DNA of 64,000 bases, taken from Octopus sinensis. Lineage: Eukaryota. A model generated the notes under the pieces. That model saw only the letters and a list, made by a program, of their open reading frames with translations. It had not been told where the DNA came from and did not search any database. The translations under genes and the position numbers were made by a program. Of this stretch, positions 8,611 through 19,718 are shown in pieces (the stretch's first letter is position 1; every line of letters starts with the position of its first letter). The DNA lies in contig NC_042999.1 of the NCBI RefSeq assembly GCF_006345805.1, forward strand, positions 121,024,001 to 121,088,000. Reading direction: 5' to 3'.

Positions 8611-11600
8611 TATGTTTGACTTTTGCTTTATATTTGTACAAGTTGGCTCCAAGTCTCACCCAGAGACCTCAAGAGACAACAGGGTTGGAAGTTCATGTTG
8701 TTGTTATGCCTAGTGTGCCATATATTTGGGGGGGGGTGTTGTACTAATGAATGTCTAAAAAAAAAAATTTTTTTTTTTTTTTAAAACCGAAAATTATGTT
8801 TGTTTTAAACCTTGAGATTACATAGAAAGTATTTTGCGTAGGATATGAGCAGTTCCCATGAGCACTATCTTTTGAATTTCTGCCATTTTGGGGTTTCCTG
8901 GTATCTGAGTTAGGTAGCTATCTGCCCCTTTTGCTATCATTCCCAGGGCACCTATGACAACAGGTATTGTTTTAGTTTTCAGCTTCCACATTTTGCTGAT
9001 TTCTATTTCAAGATCTTTATATTTGCTCAGTTTTTGGTAGGTCTTGACAGATACGTTTATATCGATTGGGACAGTCATATCAATGAGGAGGCATGTTCTT
9101 TGTTTGAAGTCTTTCAATATGATGTCTGGCCTATTTGCATCTATCTTTCTGTCAGTTGAATGGCGAAGTTCCAGAGGAGTGAGATGTGGTCATTTTCAAG
9201 CACTGGGGGTGGTTTGTGTTCCCACCAGTTTTTTTCATGGGGCAAATCCAGGTTTTTACAGATTCCCAGTGAATATATTGTGCAGCTCTATCGTGCCTGT
9301 TGAGATATTCTGTAGGCGCTAGAAGACTGCACTTGGAGACCACATGGTGAATGGTTTCATTTTGTTGCTTGCATACACGACACGTTGGACTGCTTCTGAT
9401 CTTTAATATGTTGGCCTGGTAGTTTCTTGTTGGTAGGCATTGATCTTGAGCTGCTATGATAAACCCCTCTGTTTCAGATTTTAAGCCAGAGGCCATTAGC
9501 CATTGATGGGTCAGGGCTTTGTCAACATCTGCATTATTTGCTCTCTTTGGGTATTTGCCATAGAGAGGTTTTTCTTGCCATTTATCATTCAGAATATCTA
9601 AGGCCGCAGATTTAGCACGGGTTTTCATGCGCTTAGCTTTTTCTGTGCCTGTTTCTTGTATGTCTATCTCTAATTCCGAAATTTGTTGTATTCGGAATTC
9701 ACTTAGATATTCCTTTGCCTGTTTTGTTACTGAGTATGATGCTTTCTTGTTTTCATGTTTTGAGACAAGTTTTAACATCCAGTCCTCAGAGTTTTTCAGG
9801 TAGGTGTCTAGGCCAATTGTAGCAATCTTCATTGTTATTGCCAGTTGTAAAAGTCCACGGCCTCCCTCTTTTCTTGGCAGATAAAGTCGTTCTGTATCTG
9901 CCTTAGGGTGGTGCATTCTATGCATTGTCAACAGTTTTCGTATTTTTCTGTCAAGATTACATATTTCAGTAATTGACCAGTTAACGATACTAAAACTGTA
10001 AGTCACGACTGTATGGCTAATGCATTGATCGCTTCGATCCTGTTTCTCGCATTCAGCTCTGTCTTGAGTATTGCTCTTACTCTGCGATAGCATTCTCTCC
10101 TGATCCTTTCCTTCATCTCTGAATGCCTTATTCCTTTCCTTCAATTACCCCTAGATACTTGTAGTTCTCTGCTGGGTCTAATTCTTTTATGACATTCTGC
10201 TGGTCAAGGTTAACGTTAGATGTTTCTGTCATTTTCCTTTGATAAAGGTAGCTTTTGCGCATTTATCGAGGCCAAATTGCATTCTGATGTCATCACTGAA
10301 TTGTTTGACAATCGCTAGTAAGCCCTTGAGTTGTTGGTCATTTTTTGCAAAGAGCTTTAAATCATCCATGTAAATGAGATGATTTATATTTTTATCAAAC
10401 ATTTTCTATCCGTACTGCGCATCATTGAGCAGTTTTGAGAGAGGTATTAAGGCTAAACAGAAGAGGAGCGGTGATAGTGAGTCACCCTGGAAAATGCCAC
10501 ATGAAATTTTTACATCACCAGCATTTAGAGATTCATTGTCACTGTTCAAAGTTAGTGTGGTTCTCCATGATCTCATACTTACAGACAAAAAGTTTCGCAG
10601 AGCAGGTGCTATCTTATACATTTCTAGGCATTTATTAATCCAGCTATGTGGTAGGCTATCAAAAGCCTTTTATAGTCTATCCAGGCTATTGATAAGTTTT
10701 TGTGTCGTTTGTGACAATCTTCTAAGATCATCTTATTGATGAGTAGTTGATCTTTACAACCGTAGGATCCACGTTTACATCCTTTCTGTTCATTAGGGAA
10801 TATGCTGCTGTCTGTCAAAAAACTATAGGTATATTCCGTCAGGACAGATGTTAGTGTTTTATACATAGTTGTTAAGCAGGTTATGGGTCTATAGTTTTTG
10901 GGTTCATTTGTTTCTTCACTTTTTGGAAGCAGGAATGTTAACCCATTAACTAGCCAAGGAGGCATCCTACTAGGGTGTTGCAAAACATCATTGTAAAGTT
11001 CTGCTAGCAGTTCATGGCTCTGGGAAGGCATTCAGCCAAAAGTTAGGGATTTTATCCTTTCTGGAGACTTCCATTTGCTTGACCTCCTGAGAGCAGATCT
11101 TATATCTTCTACCTTGACACCCTCCCACTTTTGCTCTTCTAAGGAGTCCAGTTCTTTAGATATTCTATCAATCCAGGGGCCTTTTCGCTGTGTGTTTTTT
11201 CTTCTGCCCAAATTTTATTCAAAATCCCTGCACTTCTTCTTTTGATGGTACAGACTTTACAGTAACTGTTGTTTTTCCTATCTTCCTGTAAAAATGTTTG
11301 GGGTTATTTTTGAACATGTTGTTGTCCCTGTAGAATCTAATACGCTTTTCATACCTCGCTATGCGGGCAGCTTTAGCAGATACTTTTTGCTTGATGGTTT
11401 CTATGGTGGCATCAATATCAAGTATAGTTTTCATATTATATTTTTTCATTAGTTTTTGGGTTTTTGCAGGTTTGGTAGTCTTATGAACCTTAAGGTTTTT
11501 CAAATATTCAATGTCAGATCTAAATAGTTTAATTTGTTGTTGCAAACGCTCTTGCCAAGAAGGCTTTTTGTGGAAATGTTGCCGTTTTCTAATCTTTTCA

Positions 11601-12640
11601 CCACATAGGATCGTTGAGATTTTCGCGGATGCATAGTATAGGTGGTTGAGATCTGTGATATCAACATCATTAGCTGAAATTATATCCTTAAGTGCAAGCC
11701 GGGTTTTACCAATTATTTTCATGTTTTGGTTAGATTTGCGTATTTTAGGGAGTGTATCACGTTCATCCATACTGGTTTCTTTAATTTTCATCCATTCAAT
11801 CATGATTTGACATTTTAGCTCATGTAGTTCTGTCGGGTCATATTTGTGTGACTTTCTTCATCTATTTGATGTTCATCTGTCTTAGTGTTATATTTGGTTC
11901 AGGGAGTATTTCACTTTGCCTATCACTTATACTAACTCTTTCAATCCTTACTTCGTTTGTATTAGCTCTGAGCTGGTCTATAATTATTTCCTCTGTATTA
12001 TCTTCTTTAGCTGCAGCTTCGTTCATTCTATCCGTTACTGCTTGTTTAATTTGATCAATCTCTACTTCAGTCAGTAATTTTTTTTATAATGTTTCTTCTG
12101 ACGTTGGCAAGTTTGTTACTGTCTATGTAGGGTCTTACTTCAGGGTGTTTCTGTCTCCAGTTTATGTAGGTTTGTATAGTGTTCGATTTATCTGTGGGGA
12201 AATATATGGCATGATAGAAGGCTGCAAGAACTTCTTTATTATCTTCCCTAGTCCATTTTTCCTTCTTTTTCTTTTGAGTGTTTGGTGACGAGCATGGATG
12301 GCCATCTGTTGGAATATTCCAGTTGCGGGGTACGTCCAGCTCCTGTGTGTCGGGAAGATTTGATCCAGTAGCTGATTTTTCAATCAGACTTTGGTTCAAT
12401 TTTCGGGTACGTGGTCTTTTGTAATCCGCGCAATGACCAATGCGGTTTATTGTTTGATTTGTTGACCTTGAAGCATGACGAGCTTCGACTCTTACATTAA
12501 GAGACGGATCTGTCAGTTTTGGATTTTCTGCACGTAAACATTGTTCGTAGCGTAGTTTCCTAAGGCTAGCAGTTCTGTATTCGTCTGTATTTTTTTTGTT
12601 GATAGTTTTATCTCCGGGCATAGTTTTCCCTTCTTTTTAT
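8610..12640 (-). mobile_element. Near full-length Dong/R4-clade non-LTR retrotransposon (~4 kb)
   Basis: Co-linear ORF pieces: N-terminal KWTREDN...LANVRRNII; RT motifs NYRPITCL, QKGC, WIDYK, FQGDSLSP and YMDD (10361-10372); CCHC knuckle CRVCKQQNETIHHVVSKC; RHD; endonuclease RPDII (9124-9132)...LIDMTVP..D.N...KLSKY. The 3' end lies in (TAA)n and the 5' end in (TAAA)-like repeats. Confidence 0.93.
8818..12621 (-). pseudogene. Disrupted single ORF (RT, zinc knuckle, restriction-like endonuclease) of the Dong/R4 element
   Basis: ORF-track fragments 12067-12621, 11219-11803, 10624-11031, 10406-10621, 9152-10144 and 8818-9117 can be joined by small frameshifts plus one TAG at 10406-10408. Confidence 0.9.
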
Positions 12641-13545
12641 TTATTTATTCATTTATTTCTTTAAACTTATGAAAGGTTGACTCTCGCTGTATTAGTTCGA
12701 AAAAATGAGAATAAAATACGAGAAAAAAAAAATAATAAACAAATATAAAATAAGAATTATCATCATCACTGTCATCACTGTCATCATCATCATCATCACC
12801 AATGACATTGTTTTATGTGTAGTCACAGCGGTAGCTTATTATTATTATTATTCTCACTATTACCATCACCACGGTAGAGTGGTCATGTTCTATAAATAGA
12901 TTCATCAGATGGTGGACAAAGGACATTTTGGGTCAGGAAAAGGTCAAACCTGTTTACTAGTACCAGCGTTATCTTGAAAGGCAATCCAACTATATATATA
13001 TACCTATACACATATGTATATATATATGTATATTCACATACGCATATTTTCTGATATTCACTCGATGATTTTCTTTTTCTTTTAATTTCTGAGTTCAATT
13101 GTGTTTGGAAAAAAAAAAAAGATTTTTGCAAAGGGAAGAATGTTTACATTTTCGAATGCTCAGAAAATTTTTCTTTTCTTTTTAAAAGTTTAAAAGTTAT
13201 GCTGTGGTTTACAGTTTTTGTAGTTGTGCAGTGTATATATATTGGTATACGCTTACTTCCATAGTTTTTTATCGTGCATTTAATTGTGCTGTTACAATAA
13301 AAGGCAAAGAAGGGACGGCAGACTGTTCACACAAAATTGGAGATATTTATGATTCTAAATTCTTTGTTATGTGTTCGCTTGTATGTGCAAAGCTGTAGAT
13401 ATATAAGTTCCTTAGCTTACTTTGAGGGAAATTCAAATTACTCACAGAAAACAGTAGATCTTCCAGTTTTTCCGTTGTCACGCTGGGTTGGTCAGAGCAG
13501 CGAAAAACACGTCCAGCTTCTATCACGTCCAGCTTCTATCACGTC

Positions 13546-13546
<1 letters not shown>

Positions 13547-13600
<54 letters not shown>
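13547..13600. repeat. (ATT)n microsatellite
   Basis: Direct reading. Confidence 0.97.
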
Positions 13601-14146
13601 GAGTAAGAGAGCGCTGCATACCATCAAAGTGACACTAGGGTAACATATACGAAGCCCATTATGCCCATCATGACTACCCGTTTGATAAGGGTACACCAGA
13701 TACATGCATCACAGCGATATGTGCGTGACATGGTATTCCCATATCAAGATAAACAGCGCATGACCTTGCAGGTGGGTCCCACTTTCAATTTTCTTCAGGT
13801 TGAGCAAACTATACCAATCAAAAGGTCCCTGAAGAAGGGTCATTTGAGGATGTTGAACGAAACCCACATATTTCCAGAGTTAAATTATTCAAATCGCAAA
13901 GAATTCCTCTCAACACATGGCTATGATGCTTCTCGACTACTTCTGCTCATGATCAGAGATGCATATATCGTCAACTACTAAGTGACATTCCCAACTGGTT
14001 AACGTCAAACAACTGATAAGCAAATCTGTGATATTGAGCAAAATATTTGCTGTAGCCCATCTTTTAAACAATGTACACAATAGCACTTCCAATCAGTTAA
14101 GATCAGAAGCCATGAGAGCCACTCTCTGGTATTGCATCAGAGCATT
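13601..14146 (-). mobile_element. Unclassified retroposon 3' portion with (TAA)n tail
   Basis: A GC-richer block whose minus strand ends ...GCAGCGCTCTCTTACTC(AAT)n and is bounded by microsatellites on both sides. I recognised no protein motif. Confidence 0.45.
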
Positions 14147-14220
14147 TTCTTCTTCTTCCCCTTCTTCTTCTTCTTCTTCTTCTTCCCCTTCTTCTTCCCC
14201 TTCTTCTTCCCCTTCTTCTT

Positions 14221-14251
<31 letters not shown>

Positions 14252-14257
14252 TTATTA

Positions 14258-14305
<48 letters not shown>

Positions 14306-14380
14306 TACTACTACTACTACTACTATTATTATTATTATTATTACTAGTACTACTACTATTACTACTATTATTATTATTCA
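14147..14380. repeat. Compound (TTC)n-(TAT)n-(TAC)n microsatellite
   Basis: Direct reading. Confidence 0.97.
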
Positions 14381-14389
14381 GTAGTATCA

Positions 14390-14690
14390 TTGATTGCTTT
14401 AACGGCGTTACTTCCAGTAAATTTTCTTCCTAACATCTTTCTACCCTTCTGTGTTACTCATTTGGGACTTTCTTGTTCATTTCCCTTTCAATTATCTTAT
14501 CATCTTCCCGAACCTCTAGGTACTTGTATCCTTTATTCTTTTTCGATGTTATAATGATACTATCTTACGACTTGTTTAAACCATCGCCCAACTTCTCTTT
14601 ATAAAACTGCACATGCATTCACCGCACACTGTATGCCAGTAATCCTGCTAATTTTTCATACTTCTTGAACAAGAAAATCAAGGTCTTTTC
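14390..14690 (-). mobile_element. Decayed Dong/R4 RT fragment
   Basis: Minus strand translates to GYKYLEVREDDKIIEREMNKKVPNE*HRRV, matching the YKYLG..E...EY.RR region of the 8610-12640 element. Confidence 0.6.
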
Positions 14691-14997
14691 AATTTTGATG
14701 CATGGTTTGAAATATGTCTTTAGCAAAATCATAGACAAATCTAGATTTTCCAACTTTCTAGATTTACTACATTGTCTTCAATTTACTTTACTTCCAATTC
14801 ATGATGAAACAATGGTTCATGACTGAAATTGCATATTTATTTATTCATTAGTTTGACCATTTTTATTAGACAGTTCATCACAATGTTGCCCAACTTACTA
14901 TTTCATTTGCGTACGCTGTATTTTATCAATTTCCTGCAGCCTTAATCCTTGCACAGTGTCTCTTTCAACACTCTATTTTCAGCTATTGAATTTGATA

Positions 14998-16068
14998 TTA
15001 GGTCGTCAATTATGAAATTTGTAGTAAGGTATATGGTAAACTTTGACAGCTATTTATTTTGCGATGATCTTTATTTTTTGTTAGAAAGCTGACACATATA
15101 TTTCTTTATTCTAACTCATTTTGTGGCTTATAAAGTATTTATAAATCGTTTTTTTTTTACTGTTTTTGTTTAGAGATGGATAAGTCGGAAATTCGAAAAT
15201 TCATACATTTTTGAAATATCAGTTCTTTCTTGGAACTACAGCATCACAGACATCTCGGAATATTAATGGAGTATTTCATTCTAATGTTATTATACAGCAG
15301 ACAGCATCAGATTGGTTTGCAAAATTTTGTTCTGGAAACATTGACCTCACAAATGAGCAACGCGGTCGACCAGAAATAAAGGTGGATAATGACGACAGAA
15401 TCATTTTTTAATCGAAATGTAACATGTGATGAGAAATGGATTCAATACAAGCGTAAACGTTTATCACAATGGCTGGACAAAGACGAGCCACCAAAACACA
15501 ATCCAAAATGCAAAATTCATCAAAAGAAGCTGATTGTGTGTGTTTGGTGGTCTCGTGCAAGTGTGATCCATTATGATTTCATTAAACCTGCCTCATCAAT
15601 CACGACCAAAGTATGCTGCAGCCAACTGGACCAAATGATGCAGAAACCTATCAAAAACCAGCTTAGATTAATCAACAAATCCACTCCTATTTTAATGCAA
15701 AACAACGCCGGACCACACATCGCAAAAATGACATTGGCGAAACTACAGGAGTTGGAGTTAAAAGTTCTCCATCATCCACCATACTCAACTGATCTTGCCC
15801 ACACTGACTATCACTTCTTCCAGAATTTGGATAAATTTTTGAGAGAAAAAAAAATAATTCCGACGATGCTGTAAAACAGGCCTTCCAAAATTTTAATGAC
15901 TCCAGATTGCCAGGCTTTTAGAGCTCCGCGCTGGACAAGCTACCGCTGAAATGGCAAAGATGTATTGACAGTATGGGTACATAGTTTAATAAATAAAACT
16001 ATTCCTTTTTATTTATAAAACATTAGCAAACTTTTTCTTTTCTACAAATTTCATACTTGATGACCTAA
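14998..16068 (+). mobile_element. mariner DNA transposon (Hsmar1/SETMAR-like), internally deleted
   Basis: 27-bp TIRs TTAGGTCGTCAATTATGAAATTTGTAG / CTACAAATTTCATACTTGATGACCTAA, with TA on both sides. Transposase motifs MDKSEIR, VTCDEKWI, QNNAGPH and HPPYSTDLAHTDYHFF are present. The WVPHEL region is missing. Confidence 0.93.
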
Positions 16069-16095
16069 TAGAATACTGTTTTAGTTAGTATACCT

Positions 16096-16425
16096 TTCAT
16101 GACCGAAGGAGGAGGAGGAGACCCCCCCTCCTTTGGTCATGAATGACCATGGGATTGCACTTAGAAAGTTACCCTCCGAGGCACAAGTCCGGCAAGATTG
16201 CTTGTGGAAGGCCAGCAGTCGCCCTTGCATACCAGCCTCCCCTCTCCACACCACTGATGTTATCTAAGGGAAAGGCAAAGGCCGATACAGCTTGGCACCA
16301 GTGATGTCGCAACTCATTTCTACAGCTGAGTTAACTTGAGCAACGTGAAATAAAGCGTCTTGCTCAAGAACACAACACACAGCCCGGTCCGGGAATCGAA
16401 CTAACAACCTCACGATCGTAAGCTC
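16096..16425 (-). mobile_element. tRNA-derived SINE (third family)
   Basis: The minus strand has the B-box-like AGTTCGATTCCCGG followed by GTGTTGTGTTCTTGAGCAAGACGCTTTATTTCAC and a unique body. The 5'-most part of the head is missing. Confidence 0.8.
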
Positions 16426-17552
16426 TTAGCTTAGTAATTCTCTTTCCGTTATGTCTTATTCCTACAGCAATTATGTTTTGCTTATGATTTTTTTCTTTTT
16501 TTTTTTTGGCTCTTCCTACCTTTGATTTCATTAAAGATTAAGAAACCTTTTACGTTATTTTCTGTTCTTCTGTATCGCCTTTAGATTATTACCTTAACCA
16601 GAGTTTCTATCTTTACAGTTTTATAATCTTAAATGTTTTCCTATATGATGTATTCATATTCTCGTTTGAATTGATCTGATTCAACTTTGAGGAGTCAGTA
16701 ATCTTAACATATTATATGTTACGATTTTTGATGATTTTTTTTTGTTTTAATTGTTTTCCATGCTACATGTCTATCTTCGTGGTTCACATTCTTAATGTTT
16801 CTAACTTTAATGTTTTTTCCTTGCGTTGTTTGTATTTTATAAGTGTTTATATTTTTGTTATGTTTTCATACTTTTAAATGCTCTATTTCTATTTCTGAAT
16901 GAGAGTTAATTATGAGAATACATATTTAATTAGCTAGTCGTTGGGAATCTTAAGTTAGTTTTGGATCTGGAATATTTCGTATCCATATATCATTTGTGTA
17001 TACCATATTGGGCTCTTAGTGGAGTAAGCTGCTACTATAAAATATGCTAGGAAGCATAGAAAGGTATTTTTCCTGTGTTCATGTAAACATATAGACCCTT
17101 ATTTGCGATAAGTTATAACCTATTCTTATTTATCAATATAGAAACCGTTTCTACGGTTATTGGCTTTGTTTCTGGCGATGCAGTATTTTGCACGCTCCAT
17201 TTCTGTACTTTATATTTATTCATCCAAATTATTCATTCTCGTTTAACTTTGGGTCAATCGATATAGTTTCGCTCGTATCCGTTGATTTTTTTCGAGAAGT
17301 GTAAATAAATTGAACAGGTAGTAATTAAACTTATTCTTCAATAGGACAAAAACTTTCATAACAATACTTATAGAACAAAAAGCAATTCCATTATATTAAT
17401 GACATAATTTCTTTCTTAAAAGATATCTTCAACGTTTTCCATTTTTTATTGTTATTTTTATTTTTCCTTTTTTCTTATTTTATCGTTAAGAATGAATATT
17501 TATTTAATAATGAATATTACTTTGATCATTTGTTTTTGCTGACAATCCATCC

Positions 17553-17612
<60 letters not shown>

Positions 17613-17622
17613 CATCATTATT
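17553..17622. repeat. (ATT)n microsatellite at the 3' end of a Dong element
   Basis: Direct reading. Confidence 0.97.
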
Positions 17623-17630
17623 TTCTTTTT

Positions 17631-19718
17631 ATCAAAGGTTTTATTGGAGCTACTGGAGTCTTGCATGCGTAGCGAATACTTTCCTGGTTATTGTGGCCGT
17701 ACCGAGGAGGCAAACCTTTGGTAACAGTACTACTTGGCACTCTATTCCAATTTCCTTTATATTACCCCTAACGCCTTCTGATACTGTTCCCAAGGACTCA
17801 ACAATAACTGGCACTATCTTCTTCATCATTTTCCATAGCCGGGTTATTTCGTACTTAAGAGGGTTGTATCTATCCTATCGCCTTCTCTCTTGACTATTCG
17901 TGGGCAAATTGGCATGCAACGTTAACTACATAGCATATGTGGTGCTCCTTCTCCAACACCACTAGGTCCGGTCTGTTATGCTCTAGCACTCGATCTGTTT
18001 GGATTGGGAAATCCCAGAGGATTTTGCTAGTCTCCCACTCTACCACTCTCTGCGGTTTGTACTCATACCACGTCTTGCCTCTCTCTAGCCCTCACTTTTC
18101 GCATAGTTGCCAGTGTAGCACTTTCGATACCTGGTCGTGTCGGCACAATTTGTAGTGGCTTGGGGCAATTCTGGGACATTCGTTTGTGATATGGGCAATG
18201 GTTTCATCTACTCTATTGTAGATGTGGCCCAGCGGAGACACCCGCTCATTCCTCAGGTTGACCTTTCGGTTCGTGGCCAGAGCTTGGTCCTGCGCAACCA
18301 GTAGAGTGCTTTTAGGGCTTCTTTCATCAGCCAATCCCACCTATTTTTTCCAACAACTTCAGTGGTAGCTACACGGAATTGATTGTGTAGTCCTTTCTTG
18401 CGTGATTCTCCTTCATATCCTTTTTGTACTTTATCTTTTGCTTACCCTTTTTCTCTGCTCTTAATACACCCTCATTCCTAACTGTCACTGGCAAGTTTTC
18501 CTTACTTTGGGCTAAGTACCTCATTAAGCTTTCGAGTTCGATACGCACGCAGTCTTCCACACTTATCAATCTCCTTCCTCCATTTTCTCTCTTCATGTTT
18601 AGGCGATCAGTGTCTGCATGTGGATGATGGGCTCCATGCATCACTAGGAACTTTCTTGACTTCTTGTCCATCTCCTTTAGCTCCTCCTCTGTCCACTTCA
18701 GAATTCCAGCGCCTTACCGAACTACTGTGACTGCATGCGAGTTAATTGTCGAAATTATGTTTCTGACATTCAGCTTTGAAATCAATGTTTTTCTCACTCC
18801 CCGGGGATAATCCCTTTATGCTTCTTTTCCTTCATAATTCCATCTGCCTCGCGTCTTCCCAGGTATCTATAGCTAAAATGAGGTTGAATTGCTTTCATCA
18901 TTTCACCACTTGGCAACCATAGTCCTTCTATCCTGGCAAGCTTTCCTCGTCTCATCACCATCGTAGCACATTTTGAGAGCCCGACCTCCATCTTAATATC
19001 GGTGGAGAAAATCTTCACAGACTGGACTAGGCTGTCCAGTTCTGCCTTACTTTTTGTGAATAACATCAAGTCGACCGTGAGGAGCAAGTGGTTCAGTTTT
19101 CCCTTACCTCTTCCCAGATCATACCCCAACTTTCTTTTCTGTAGTATTTTGCTCAAGGGGATTATTCCCAGCACAAAGATCAGTGGGGACACAATGTCAT
19201 CCAGGAAGATTCCTCTCTTGATATTCACTCCTCCTAATACTTGATTGCCTTCTGTCAATTCAGTTCTTCAACATTTTATATTGTTCTATATCAGATTTCT
19301 CATCTCTTCTGCTACTCCATACATTTCCATTGTTCTTATTATCCAGGAGTGTGGTATCATCGTATGCTTTACGATAGTCAACCCATGCCATGCTCAGATT
19401 TTTGTGTCTTCTCTTGCAGTTTCTGATAATTAGATTATCCATTAAGAGCTGATCCTTTGCTCCCCAGGACTACTTTCGGCACCCTTTCTGTTCAATAGGT
19501 AGCAGCCCACTTTTTCTAAGTATCTATACAGTTCGTCGGCCAAAGCACCTGACATTAGTTTCCACATTAGCAGAATACACGTTATTGGTTGAAAGTTGGA
19601 TGCTACATTTCCCTTTTCGGGATCTTAGGCACATTACAATGTCTATCCCTTTGTCATCCAGCTGGGTACTGCGCCTTCCTGCAAGCACTCATCTAGCTGT
19701 TGCGCTATCCTTTCATGG
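17631..19718 (-). mobile_element. 5'-truncated Dong/R4 element (RT to endonuclease), degenerate
   Basis: Motifs in order: [84 protein letters not shown]...HNRPDLVV. Confidence 0.9.

Noticed and set aside
12880-12915. CTGATGA followed by a short TCTA/TAGA hairpin on the minus strand
   Set aside because: It is followed by GAAC rather than GAAA, with no helix I or III, so it is likely a chance match.
13824-13870. CTGAAGA...GAAAC hammerhead-like spacing
   Set aside because: Helix II is poor, there is no UH triplet with a helix III, and no downstream complement to the upstream GGTCC.
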